DNA of 64,000 nt, from the IMG/VR virus record IMGVR_UViG_3300009155_000035, one strand, 5' to 3'. Below are positions 1 through 9,025 of the stretch, in pieces. The notes under the pieces are model-generated. The model worked only from the letters and a program-made list of their open reading frames with translations, searched no databases and had not been told where the DNA came from. The translations under genes were made by a program, and so were the position numbers. Every line of letters starts with the position of its first letter. Within the stretch, counting starts at the first letter, position 1. The stretch comes from a virus (Duplodnaviria; Caudoviricetes).

Positions 1-459
1 CACACGATAGTATCCCCAGGCACGAGTTGTACGGGGCTTCTTCCAATCTTCTAGTATCCAGCTGGAACTGTTCTTTTTGTCTTCACCACCAACACCAAAC
101 ACAAACTCAATGTTAGAATCCTCTACGTCCATTTCTGGAATATTTTTTGCAGTGCGATCGCCACCGTTGGCAAACACCAGTTCAGCATCGGGATAGTGTG
201 CGCGAACTTGATGTATAAAGGCCTTGGCTGAACCGTCACTGTCATCAAAAGTATAGACTTCGTCTACCATGGAAAGATTGTTTATCACACACAAACGCTC
301 ATTCCATGGCATGAATGGCCGACCTTTTTTACGAGTCAGCCACTCATCGCTGTTGAGCCCTACAATTAACATGTCACCCAGAGTACGGGCAGTTTTGAAG
401 TAGGCAATATGCCCAGAATGTACGGGATCAAACCCGCCGGTTACAAGTACGATTTTCAT
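1..459 (-). CDS. Cytidylyltransferase-family (HIGH-motif) nucleotidyltransferase, 3' end runs off the window
   Basis: Hand translation from ATG at 459: MKIVLVTGGFDPVHSGHIAYFKTARTLGDMLIVGLNSDEWLTRKKGRPFMPWNER...FANGGDR...SSSWIL. Has the HxGH motif and the GGFDP/GxNSD/NGGDR signature. Not in the ORF track because it is truncated. Confidence 0.85.
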   Translation of the reverse strand, partial: MKIVLVTGGFDPVHSGHIAYFKTARTLGDMLIVGLNSDEWLTRKKGRPFMPWNERLCVINNLSMVDEVYTFDDSDGSAKAFIHQVRAHYPDAELVFANGGDRTAKNIPEMDVEDSNIEFVFGVGGEDKKNSSSWILEDWKKPRTTRAWGYYRV

Positions 460-464
460 AATGA

Positions 465-472
465 TATTTATA
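465..472 (-). promoter_or_regulatory. T4-late-like promoter TATAAATA
   Basis: Plus-strand tatttata at 465-472 reads TATAAATA on minus, 5 nt before the ATG at 459. Confidence 0.6.
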
Positions 473-486
473 TGCTAATTTAACGG

Positions 487-492
487 TAAATA
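487..492 (+). promoter_or_regulatory. Late-like promoter core TAAATA
   Basis: 8 nt upstream of ATG 501, divergent from the 465-472 site. Confidence 0.5.
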
Positions 493-500
493 TCAAAGTC

Positions 501-1226
501 ATGTCTACTACCCCTATGTCAATTGATTGTGCTTGTCTCATACACGGCGATGTTTATGACTGGAGCTATGTTGAAAAGTTGTATTCAATGTTGCAACGAA
601 ATTTTTCAGTGCCAGTTAACTTACATGTTTTTACCGAGGAGTCAAGATCAGTTCCGCCTCACATGATCAAACATGTATTGAAAGAATGGTCAGGCGTGGC
701 TGGACCAAAAAAGGCCTGGTGGTACAAAATGCAGATGTTTGATAGAAACAACTTTGCCGGGCAATTATTGTATTTTGATCTGGATGTTGTTATAGTCAAT
801 AGCCTAGATTGGATACTGCACCTGTCTCGCGATTATTTCTGGACCATACGCGATTTTCGATATTTGTGGAGACCAAATTGGGCTGGTATTAATTCCAGCG
901 CAATGTACTGGGACACCAACAAGTTTCATCACATATGGAGAAGTTTTTGCAAGCAAGATCTTGCTGAAATAATGCGCACACATCCGGGAGATCAGGATTT
1001 TTTAAGTAATACCATTGGGGGAGATCAGCGTAGATTCTTCAAGGAAAAAACAGTATCTAGCTGGCGCTGGCAAATATTTGATGGGGGAATGGATATGCAG
1101 TCTAGATCTTATCGTAAACCTGGAGCAGGAGCTATCGTACCTCCCGAAACAAGTATCATAGTATTTCACGGAAGACCCAAACCGCTGGATATTAAAGATC
1201 AGTACATAATTAACAATTGGGCATAG
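501..1226 (+). CDS. Glycosyltransferase, GT-A fold (GT8-like)
   Basis: YFDLDVV (DxD), GDQDFL and FHGRPKP motifs. Confidence 0.7.
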   Translation: MSTTPMSIDCACLIHGDVYDWSYVEKLYSMLQRNFSVPVNLHVFTEESRSVPPHMIKHVLKEWSGVAGPKKAWWYKMQMFDRNNFAGQLLYFDLDVVIVNSLDWILHLSRDYFWTIRDFRYLWRPNWAGINSSAMYWDTNKFHHIWRSFCKQDLAEIMRTHPGDQDFLSNTIGGDQRRFFKEKTVSSWRWQIFDGGMDMQSRSYRKPGAGAIVPPETSIIVFHGRPKPLDIKDQYIINNWA

Positions 1227-1271
1227 ATAATTGTTCTGTTGGATAAATAACAATATGAAAAGGACCCAATC

Positions 1272-1934
1272 ATGGCCACACGTACATATCAATTAAATTG
1301 TAAAATTTGGGGAAATTCCAGCAACCCCGCCACCGTCACAGTTAACTACAATGGAAATCAAGTGTTTTCAAACACAGTTAGTACCATAGATGGCCCGTTG
1401 AACCCAGAAACACCCGAGGGTTTAAGTCCGTTGATTTACTGGACCACAGATACTGCAACTGACGTCGGCGGAGTGTTCCCAGTCAGCGTTACTATCCAAA
1501 ACGGCAACATGCTATTGCGTGACATCGTAGTTAATCAAATGTGGGCTGTTGACATATTTGATTTAGTTGCTGGTACATTGTGGCCAGCGCATGTACCTCA
1601 GACAGCAATGGAAGTTATTTCCGATTGGATCCAACTAACAGACGCAGATTTTGAAACCAAATATGGATTAACTAAAGCTGTGGCATACTCAGTGCAACGT
1701 CCGGAAGATCCGCCAGATCCAACCAAGCGTCTGAGATATGTTACAACCCAAAAATCAATTGAAGACAACTACCAGGTGCCTATGTTAGGCGATCATCTTG
1801 GCCAGGATCCAAGAAGCAACATTGAAATTGACGGAGTTCCGCAAGTTGTTGCCGCGCCGGGCGGGTATATCGTTTTACAAAACGGCGATACAGTGACCAT
1901 GACTTACACGGTTGATCTTCCACCTAATAGATAA
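1272..1934 (+). CDS. Hypothetical protein, beta-rich, possibly virion-associated
   Basis: 220-aa ORF with AAGGA RBS, TAAATA at 1244-1249 and its own terminator. Confidence 0.6.
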   Translation: MATRTYQLNCKIWGNSSNPATVTVNYNGNQVFSNTVSTIDGPLNPETPEGLSPLIYWTTDTATDVGGVFPVSVTIQNGNMLLRDIVVNQMWAVDIFDLVAGTLWPAHVPQTAMEVISDWIQLTDADFETKYGLTKAVAYSVQRPEDPPDPTKRLRYVTTQKSIEDNYQVPMLGDHLGQDPRSNIEIDGVPQVVAAPGGYIVLQNGDTVTMTYTVDLPPNR

Positions 1935-1947
1935 TACCGAAATCTTC

Positions 1948-1977
1948 AAAAAACCCTACAAATCGTAGGGTTTTTTT
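1948..1977. terminator. Bidirectional-looking intrinsic terminator
   Basis: aaaaaaccctac-aaatc-gtagggttttttt. Confidence 0.8.
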
Positions 1978-2003
1978 GTGGCAAAAAAGCCACATTTTTA
2001 TGG

Positions 2004-2032
2004 TTGACCAGAAAATCCCAATTTGCTAAAAT
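2004..2032 (+). promoter_or_regulatory. Sigma70-type promoter
   Basis: TTGACC-17bp-TAAAAT with TGn extended -10. Confidence 0.75.
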
Positions 2033-2053
2033 TACAACATATTAGGAGTTAGC

Positions 2054-2188
2054 ATGTACAGATTAGATAATTCGTTGCTTTTTCGCAACATCCAAGCACT
2101 TGACAAATACCTGCAACAAAACCCTGGTAAAACTTTTGTAGTAGAGTACGTCACCAGTTACACACTAGGCGACCCCATGGAACAATAA
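2054..2188 (+). CDS. Small hypothetical protein (44 aa)
   Basis: MYRLDNSLLFRNIQALDKYLQQNPGKTFVVEYVTSYTLGDPMEQ; AGGAG RBS; fills the gap between two promoters; below the ORF-track cutoff. Confidence 0.65.
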   Translation: MYRLDNSLLFRNIQALDKYLQQNPGKTFVVEYVTSYTLGDPMEQ

Positions 2189-2190
2189 GG

Positions 2191-2219
2191 TTGACCAATA
2201 ATTCAACCCCTGCTATAAT
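2191..2219 (+). promoter_or_regulatory. Sigma70-type promoter
   Basis: TTGACC-17bp-TATAAT with TGC extended -10. Confidence 0.8.
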
Positions 2220-2248
2220 ACTTGTATAAACTAAAAAAGGAGCTAGCA

Positions 2249-3277
2249 ATGACTCAAGTTGTAATTCACAAAGGCACTTATCGCAATCAAAACGTGCGTG
2301 GTGTTGCATTTACTCTTGTTAAAGACTTTACAAAAGGCGCCCGTGGCGGCTTTGTAACTGTTAAAAGCGAGGGACATTTTGGTCCCGAATTTGACGTGGT
2401 GCGTGTCCGTGTTGACAGCATCGAGGATATTGAAATTGTTGGAGGAAACACTGTGACAGCCCAGACCAAGACTGTAGAGTTCAAGCACCCAGTACACATA
2501 GAGACTGAAGAAGAAGCCATGGATCGTATCCGTACTCGATTTGAAATACTAACAGAGATGACCAAGGCATGTACTGCCGGTGACATCCGTGCTATGATTG
2601 TGAGTGGCCCCCCTGGTGTGGGCAAGAGCTTTGGTGTAGAACAAGAAGTTGACAAGGCTTGCATGTTTGACAAAATTTCTGGCAAGCGTCTCCGCGCCGA
2701 AGTTGTTAAAGGTAGTGCCACCCCAATTGGCCTGTATCAAACTCTGTACAAGTATTCGGACCCTAACTGTGTCGTGGTATTTGACGACTGTGACAGCATC
2801 TTGCTGGATGACGTTGCACTAAACCTGCTCAAGGGTGCCTTGGATTCCGGCAAGAAGCGCAAGATTTCCTGGTTATCAGAGTCTAGTACTCTGCGCCGTG
2901 AAGGCATCCCGGATCAATTTGAGTTTAAAGGCAGTGTTATCTTTATTACAAACTTGAAGTTTGACACAATGAAGTCACAAAAATTGCGTGACCATTTGGA
3001 CGCTTTGCAAAGTCGTTGTCACTATCTGGATCTCACACTGGACACCATGCGTGACAAACTGTTGCGCATCAAACAAATTGCCCGGGATGGTGTGTTGTTC
3101 CAGGATTACGATTTTGAGCAGTATCAGCAAGATGCCATCTTGGAGTTTATGAACACCAACCAAGCTCGCTTGCGTGAGATGAGCCTGCGTATGGCTCTCA
3201 AGATTGCAGACCTAGTCAAGAGCTTCCCTGCAAAGTGGAGATTGATGGCTGAGACAACTTGCATGAAGAGTGCCTAA
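2249..3277 (+). CDS. P-loop AAA-type ATPase with a small N-terminal beta domain
   Basis: Walker A GPPGVGKS, Walker B-like VVFDDCD. Start moved to ATG 2249 behind an AAGGAG RBS. Confidence 0.75.
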   Translation: MTQVVIHKGTYRNQNVRGVAFTLVKDFTKGARGGFVTVKSEGHFGPEFDVVRVRVDSIEDIEIVGGNTVTAQTKTVEFKHPVHIETEEEAMDRIRTRFEILTEMTKACTAGDIRAMIVSGPPGVGKSFGVEQEVDKACMFDKISGKRLRAEVVKGSATPIGLYQTLYKYSDPNCVVVFDDCDSILLDDVALNLLKGALDSGKKRKISWLSESSTLRREGIPDQFEFKGSVIFITNLKFDTMKSQKLRDHLDALQSRCHYLDLTLDTMRDKLLRIKQIARDGVLFQDYDFEQYQQDAILEFMNTNQARLREMSLRMALKIADLVKSFPAKWRLMAETTCMKSA

Positions 3278-3280
3278 TCT

Positions 3281-3478
3281 ATGCTAAAAGATAGACGAGT
3301 GCTCTTAGAGCAAGAACTTACACAGGCCCACGCAGAGGCCGCCATGTTGTACCTGGACATTGTCACACACGATGGTGACGTGGCCGATGTCAAATATCAG
3401 GCTCTTAAAGAAAAGATTTTGAATTTGCAGTTTGATCTCAATGTAGTAAATCAATTAATACACAAAGGACACAAATGA
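3281..3478 (+). CDS. Hypothetical protein
   Basis: 65-aa helical ORF coupled to its neighbours. Confidence 0.6.
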   Translation: MLKDRRVLLEQELTQAHAEAAMLYLDIVTHDGDVADVKYQALKEKILNLQFDLNVVNQLIHKGHK

Positions 3479-3600
3479 TAAAATATATTGCAAATAGAGA
3501 TAACACAATTCTTTATCCATGGGAGCCGGGTCTTCTAGAATGGTTGCAGGAGAATTATCCTTATTCTGGGTACTGTATCCGGGAGTTGGAACATGTTTGA
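3475..3600 (+). CDS. Small hypothetical protein (41 aa)
   Basis: MIKYIANRDNTILYPWEPGLLEWLQENYPYSGYCIRELEHV; ATGA overlap with the upstream stop. Confidence 0.6.
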   Translation: MIKYIANRDNTILYPWEPGLLEWLQENYPYSGYCIRELEHV

Positions 3601-3700
3601 AATTTGGGATGGTCATGTTTATTTGTTTACAGTGACTACACAACATGAAGCTGACGAACAGGCAGCGGCAGGGTTTTTGGTCAAGCAAGTTGACATCTAG
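3593..3700 (+). CDS. Small hypothetical protein (35 aa)
   Basis: MFEIWDGHVYLFTVTTQHEADEQAAAGFLVKQVDI; overlaps the upstream stop. Confidence 0.55.
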   Translation: MFEIWDGHVYLFTVTTQHEADEQAAAGFLVKQVDI

Positions 3701-3716
3701 TAAGTAGTGTTATAGT

Positions 3717-3792
3717 TTCCGGATCATCGTTCTAAGTCTAGCTCCTAGATGATCCGTTTTAGAGGTACCTTTAAAAGGTACCTCTTTTTTTC
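3717..3792 (+). ncRNA. Candidate small structured RNA or 3'UTR element
   Basis: cggatca(tc)...(ga)tgatccg stem at 3720-3756 with inner tctag-ctc-ctaga; promoter-like TTGACA (3690) / TATAGT (3711) upstream; terminator downstream. Confidence 0.35.
3761..3791 (+). terminator. Intrinsic terminator
   Basis: agaggtacct-ttaaa-aggtacctct followed by a T-run. Confidence 0.8.
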
Positions 3793-3810
3793 TTGATTAA
3801 ATACAACATC

Positions 3811-4611
3811 ATGCACATCGTTTTTGCTGACGGCACTGACGTTGAAATTCATTTAACGTCCTCGCCAATACAGGTACCCATACAACGGATCTACAAGCAT
3901 CTACAGCACGTATCGTTGCCGTTTAGAGCTTGGGACGACCCTGCGTACCCGCACTCAATGCAGTACTCAGAATTAGTTGATTGCCTGTGCATCTATGCCA
4001 GCAAGGTTGGAATTCACGTTGACCGCCAACGTTGTTTGAAAAATGAGCAAGCGTATTTTAACCAACTACACCGGCTATATGAAATTGGTTATAATGGCAA
4101 CTCGGACTGGCTGGATTTTCATGAACACATACACATGTGTGAGCAGTACACGAAGGACAAAAAGCCCATGATGAGTTTGGACTACAGAGAAAAGTCTGGA
4201 CCATTAGAGCAAAAGTTCAAGTCAGACTGGACAGAGTTCATGGTCAATGTACTGCATCCTGGGGATGTATATGTGCCCTGGGCCGAGCTTGGCAAGAGCC
4301 CATATGACTACTGGGCTGATGGTGAACCCAACAACCTGTCTAGACTATGCGAGTTGGCCAAGCCTTGGCTTAAATTAAAACCCAAAATATGTGTTGCATT
4401 TGAACACATAGACAAAATGGAAAACGTTCGTGCAAATGAATTTGATTCATGGTGGAGTCATTATGAAAAACTCTGGTGCCAGCACTGGAATATCTCTGCC
4501 TGGACGGTGCAAAACATGCATGCATCAACCTTGATTGGGCGTACCGATCATGTAGCAATAAAGAACAAACTTTCACAAAAAATCTATCCAGTCAAAGTTG
4601 TACTAAAATGA
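3811..4611 (+). CDS. Hypothetical protein
   Basis: Long ORF; likely start ATG 3811, 7 nt after TAAATA at 3798-3803. Confidence 0.65.
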   Translation: MHIVFADGTDVEIHLTSSPIQVPIQRIYKHLQHVSLPFRAWDDPAYPHSMQYSELVDCLCIYASKVGIHVDRQRCLKNEQAYFNQLHRLYEIGYNGNSDWLDFHEHIHMCEQYTKDKKPMMSLDYREKSGPLEQKFKSDWTEFMVNVLHPGDVYVPWAELGKSPYDYWADGEPNNLSRLCELAKPWLKLKPKICVAFEHIDKMENVRANEFDSWWSHYEKLWCQHWNISAWTVQNMHASTLIGRTDHVAIKNKLSQKIYPVKVVLK

Positions 4612-5744
4612 AATGGACTGTGATTATCAAAAATGGTCAGCAGGTAAATCTAACATTGGCCACCGTACTTTACGATAAATTTGGCACTCTTACAAAACAA
4701 TCTTACGTTGTATGTGATACCTGGGCTGATGGATTCACACAGGCTCAACAACAAGGATATGAATATGCATTGTTTGTTGACAGCGGTACTACCTTTAGAG
4801 ATTGGACTGAATGGTGTGCGTTAATTGATCATTATCCACAGCAAGGCCTTGTTGCGCACATAATTTGGCACCCCAATGGCGAACCGTATTTGCATGACCA
4901 ATGTTGGTTTATGTGCTTACAGGACTTTGCGTTAGATGACCTTGACAACAGCATAGTTGAATATGTACAGCCAGTTAGAAGTAGCACAAACATACATGAT
5001 GATTATACGCCCACTTGGATCAAACCCGGTGTTGGCACAACAGCGACTACTGGATTATTTGGACAGCGTATGATAGCAAAACAAATCAACAGAGGTTGTG
5101 CTGTGGTAAACTGGAACAATCATGCTAGAGACCTAAAGAAGTTTACGTATTCCAAGTCGCCGGATCTAACACAGTTTGCAGACTACATTGCCTTGGCTGA
5201 AAATCAGTTATGGATATTAAACAATGAGCCAGTACAATCTGCTAGCGTAGCCAATTTGGTAACACCGGGTTCAGGAATGTTTTGGGTGCTTAATGCCATT
5301 GATCCAACAACTGTCACAATACAAATTGTGGACATTAGCAAGGTGCAAGTGGAGTTTTGCCGGGCTCTTTGGCACTCCTGGACCGGTGAAGATTATGGCA
5401 GTTTTGCATGGCAATATATCAAACAAAACAATCTAGCGCATTACGAGCTTGATATTGCAAACATGTCTGACATTGAACGTTTAAAACTACGCAGTCCTGC
5501 AAGATTTGTTGAGTATGTAAATACACGGTTTTATTCTGCTGTGCCGGCCAACTTTGTAGAGCTTTGGCAAGCAGCCAAACAACAAGTGCATGTTGAGTTT
5601 AAGTGTGGCAACCTGGTTGAGTGGATCTTGGCCGGAAACAAATACGACAATGTTTGGTCATCGAACATATTAAATTACAAGTGGACCATGTTACATTGTT
5701 CTCAAGAACAAACCAACAGATACAAGGAACTAGTCAAATGTTAA
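4608..5744 (+). CDS. Hypothetical protein, possibly glycosyltransferase-related
   Basis: ATGA-coupled start at 4608; FVDSG and HDDYTP segments; function weakly supported. Confidence 0.5.
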   Translation: MKWTVIIKNGQQVNLTLATVLYDKFGTLTKQSYVVCDTWADGFTQAQQQGYEYALFVDSGTTFRDWTEWCALIDHYPQQGLVAHIIWHPNGEPYLHDQCWFMCLQDFALDDLDNSIVEYVQPVRSSTNIHDDYTPTWIKPGVGTTATTGLFGQRMIAKQINRGCAVVNWNNHARDLKKFTYSKSPDLTQFADYIALAENQLWILNNEPVQSASVANLVTPGSGMFWVLNAIDPTTVTIQIVDISKVQVEFCRALWHSWTGEDYGSFAWQYIKQNNLAHYELDIANMSDIERLKLRSPARFVEYVNTRFYSAVPANFVELWQAAKQQVHVEFKCGNLVEWILAGNKYDNVWSSNILNYKWTMLHCSQEQTNRYKELVKC

Positions 5745-6445
5745 AGCAAGCCATAAGCGAAGTGATGATCAAACGCAATCGTGATTTGAAATTTCAACCC
5801 CCACCTTATAACAAAAATGCCTCATTTGATTGGATACAATGGCATTCAGGTTTGCCTTGGCTCAGGCTTGATATCCCAGTTCCCGCAGACACAATCTTAA
5901 AAGAAATTGCCAAAATTGAACCGTACTTGACAGTGCACCGTGAAGAGTATTCAGAACACGCAGGCTGGAAAAGCTTTTGTATTCATGGCAAAGCTTATGA
6001 TGCCACTCGCGAAGATACGCATTATAACGATCAACGGCCTTATACTTGGACCACAGAAGCATTGCAACACATGCCAGAAACAGTTGAGTACTTTAAAAAT
6101 CATTGGCCAGGATCTGGATACAGGCGTATTCGAGTTATGTTGCTGGAGCCTGGCGGGTACATTACCATACATGCAGACGCTACTTCACCGGGCATGCGAG
6201 CAGTCAACATATCAATTACTCAACCAGAACAATGCGACTTTATCATGTCTGGGCATGGCACTGTGCCATATCAGACAGGGTCTGCCATGTGGTTAGATAC
6301 ATCTAATTTGCACGTGGTGTATAATCACAGTACCAAACCCAGATGGCATATCATAGTACATCAACAGTTTGACAACATCAAGTTCCAAGACTTGGTTGTA
6401 AACAGTTACAAAATGTTGTATAATAACATTGATGCGCCCAGATAA
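5738..6445 (+). CDS. 2OG-Fe(II) oxygenase (aspartyl/asparaginyl beta-hydroxylase-like)
   Basis: RIRVMLLEPGGYITIHAD (HxD), distal H in HVVYN, R in PRWHIIV. Confidence 0.75.
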   Translation: MLKQAISEVMIKRNRDLKFQPPPYNKNASFDWIQWHSGLPWLRLDIPVPADTILKEIAKIEPYLTVHREEYSEHAGWKSFCIHGKAYDATREDTHYNDQRPYTWTTEALQHMPETVEYFKNHWPGSGYRRIRVMLLEPGGYITIHADATSPGMRAVNISITQPEQCDFIMSGHGTVPYQTGSAMWLDTSNLHVVYNHSTKPRWHIIVHQQFDNIKFQDLVVNSYKMLYNNIDAPR

Positions 6446-7559
6446 TTTTTGTTATGCACCCTGGTCCGGACTTGAGATCATGCAAAGTGGTAAGATATTG
6501 CCATGTTGTAAGTTCATGGACGAATACTATGACCGACGATACAACATAACACAAGACACAGTGGATGATTATCGTAACAGCAAGTACCTGGCCGAGATCA
6601 AACAAGAATTTTTAAATGGGCAATGGCCACGTGGTTGTGAACGTTGCAAGCTTGAAGAAGAATCACATATAAAAAGCAAACGTCAACTTGACTATGATCG
6701 TTGGCAAGACAAGTATGCAACCTATGACATCAACAGCAACGAATGTTTGTCACTGGGTATTGCATTTGGTAACACTTGCAATTTAAAATGCATCATCTGT
6801 CATCCATCTGCATCCAGCAAGTGGCAGAAAGAATATAGTGATTTATATGGTGTGACTTTTCCCATAATAGAAAGTTTCCGTAAGCCTGTTATTAATTCAA
6901 TTACAAGCCTAGCCCCCAATCTCATGCACATAGATATCTATGGTGGAGAACCATTTTTGTCCGGCATTGCAGAACATGAACAACTGCTTGACTACTACAT
7001 TGCATCAGGTCAAGCAAAAGAAATCACAATCCATTATACCACAAACGGCACACTATGGCCTGGCGAATCTTGGTTCAGTCGCTGGCAGCATTTCAAAGAG
7101 ATTGATTTGCAAATAAGCATAGATGGCATTGAAGAACGATTTGGCTATCTAAGATTCCCGGCCAAATGGAGCGACCTAGAACACAATGTACAACAATACA
7201 TAAGTCGCCAAAGTAGCAATTTTAGGCTAAGTGTGGCTCACACCGTGAGTGCATTTAATGTATACTACTTGGACGAATTTATTTCTTGGTGCCATGCCGT
7301 GGGCTTGCCAAAGCCCTGGTTAAGTCGATTACACAAACCCGAAGCCATGCGGGCCAACGTTTGGCCACGTGAAGTACGTGAAGTAATATCTCAGCACCTG
7401 CGCAAAAGCCGTTGGCCCGAAGTAAAGAACTGGGCTAGACTAATATTAGAAGATGGTCCTGACAGATTTGAGGAGTTTTGTGACCTTGTCAGCAAACATG
7501 ATCGGTATAGAAAGTTAGATTACAGGATAATTTTTCCCGAGATGGCACAGTACATATGA
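6429..7559 (+). CDS. Radical SAM protein with N-terminal twitch/SPASM-like Cys cluster
   Basis: CNLKCIIC, GGEP, N-terminal CYAPW...CC...CERC. Confidence 0.85.
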   Translation: MMRPDNFCYAPWSGLEIMQSGKILPCCKFMDEYYDRRYNITQDTVDDYRNSKYLAEIKQEFLNGQWPRGCERCKLEEESHIKSKRQLDYDRWQDKYATYDINSNECLSLGIAFGNTCNLKCIICHPSASSKWQKEYSDLYGVTFPIIESFRKPVINSITSLAPNLMHIDIYGGEPFLSGIAEHEQLLDYYIASGQAKEITIHYTTNGTLWPGESWFSRWQHFKEIDLQISIDGIEERFGYLRFPAKWSDLEHNVQQYISRQSSNFRLSVAHTVSAFNVYYLDEFISWCHAVGLPKPWLSRLHKPEAMRANVWPREVREVISQHLRKSRWPEVKNWARLILEDGPDRFEEFCDLVSKHDRYRKLDYRIIFPEMAQYI

Positions 7560-9025
7560 AGCGAGCAACATTAATTATACGTGACGAAGTCAACTTGAAG
7601 ATTGAAGGACTGGATCTTGACGCTCGCCGCACACTGGTCAATAAGTTCAAGTACGATGTTCCTTATGCACGTTATCTACCGGCAGTGAGATTGGGCAGAT
7701 GGGACGGCAAGGTCAGTTACTTCCAACTTGGCGGCAGTACCTACGTTAATTTGTTGCCAGAAATAATTCCTTTGCTTGAACAAATGAATTATGACATAGA
7801 GCTAGAGGACCAGCGAGAGTATTCAGTTACATTTGATTTCAAAGAAGTTGAAGAAAATTCTTGGTCACATAAAGTTTGGCCAAAAGGACATCCTGCAGAA
7901 GGTGCTCCTGTAATGTTACGTGATTACCAAGTATCAATTGTCAATAACTTTTTGCAAAATCCGCAATGCATCCAAGAAGTTGCCACCGGCGCCGGTAAAA
8001 CCATTATGACAGCCACGTTGAGTTCACGCATAGAACCTTACGGACGAAGCATTGTTATTGTACCCAACAAAAGCCTTGTTACACAAACAGAAAAAGATTA
8101 TGTGAATCTAGGTCTAGATGTTGGCGTGTACTATGGCGAGAGAAAAGAACACGGGCATCAGCACACTATTTGCACCTGGCAGAGTTTAAATGTATTGCTT
8201 AAAAATACCAAGTCAGGTGTGGGCAATGTTACTATACAAGACTTTATCGAAGGTGTGGTATGTATAATTGTTGACGAAGTACACATGGCCAAAGCTGATG
8301 CGCTCAAAACTTTGTTGACAGGTGTAATGAGTACCATACCTATTCGTTGGGGACTCACTGGAACAATCCCAAAAGAAAAATTTGAAAGCCAAGCACTAAT
8401 GGTAAGTCTTGGTCCAGTAATTGACCGCTTGACTGCCAACGAACTACAACAACAGGGCGTGTTGGCCAATTGCCATGTGAACATTGTTCAACTGGTTGAT
8501 CATGTAGAGTACAAAGACTATCAAAGCGAACTAAAGTATTTGTTAGAAGAGTCTGGTAGGTTGGACACAATCTCCAAGCTTGTACAGCAAGTTAATGAAA
8601 CCGGCAACACATTAGTGCTGGTAGATCGAGTAGCAGCCGGGCATGAGTTAGTTAGCCGTTTAGGTGATCGTGCAGTGTTTGTATCGGGTGCAACCAAAGC
8701 AAAGGCAAGACAAGATGAATATGATGAAGTGGCCGAGAGTACTGGAAAGATTATTGTGGCGACTTACGGTGTGGCCGCTGTGGGTATTAATATTCCAAGG
8801 ATTTTTAATCTGGTTCTTCTTGAACCCGGAAAGAGCTTTGTCCGCGTTATACAATCAATTGGACGCGGCATTAGAAAAGCAGAAGATAAAAACTTCGTAC
8901 AAATCTGGGACGTCACGTCAACGTGCAAATTCGCTAAACGTCACCTTACAAAACGCAAGCAGTTCTACAAAGAAGCCAACTATCCCTTTACGCAGGAACA
9001 GCTAGAATGGATGACACATGGGTAA
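7556..9025 (+). CDS. uvsW: SF2 DNA helicase, T4 UvsW-like
   Basis: ATGAGKT, DEVH, LTGT, QSIGRGIR. Confidence 0.85.
   Translation: MKRATLIIRDEVNLKIEGLDLDARRTLVNKFKYDVPYARYLPAVRLGRWDGKVSYFQLGGSTYVNLLPEIIPLLEQMNYDIELEDQREYSVTFDFKEVEENSWSHKVWPKGHPAEGAPVMLRDYQVSIVNNFLQNPQCIQEVATGAGKTIMTATLSSRIEPYGRSIVIVPNKSLVTQTEKDYVNLGLDVGVYYGERKEHGHQHTICTWQSLNVLLKNTKSGVGNVTIQDFIEGVVCIIVDEVHMAKADALKTLLTGVMSTIPIRWGLTGTIPKEKFESQALMVSLGPVIDRLTANELQQQGVLANCHVNIVQLVDHVEYKDYQSELKYLLEESGRLDTISKLVQQVNETGNTLVLVDRVAAGHELVSRLGDRAVFVSGATKAKARQDEYDEVAESTGKIIVATYGVAAVGINIPRIFNLVLLEPGKSFVRVIQSIGRGIRKAEDKNFVQIWDVTSTCKFAKRHLTKRKQFYKEANYPFTQEQLEWMTHG

Noticed and set aside
3717-3792. tRNA or tmRNA here or at 56268-56331
   Set aside because: No cloverleaf, no TTC-containing T-loop, no acceptor stem; I found no tRNA in any intergenic gap
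4476-4607. Upstream extensions given by the ORF track (4476, 5621, 20354, 23610, 44712, 57750, 58476, 58960, 63032)
   Set aside because: Downstream ATGs fit stop-start coupling, an RBS or TAAATA spacing better
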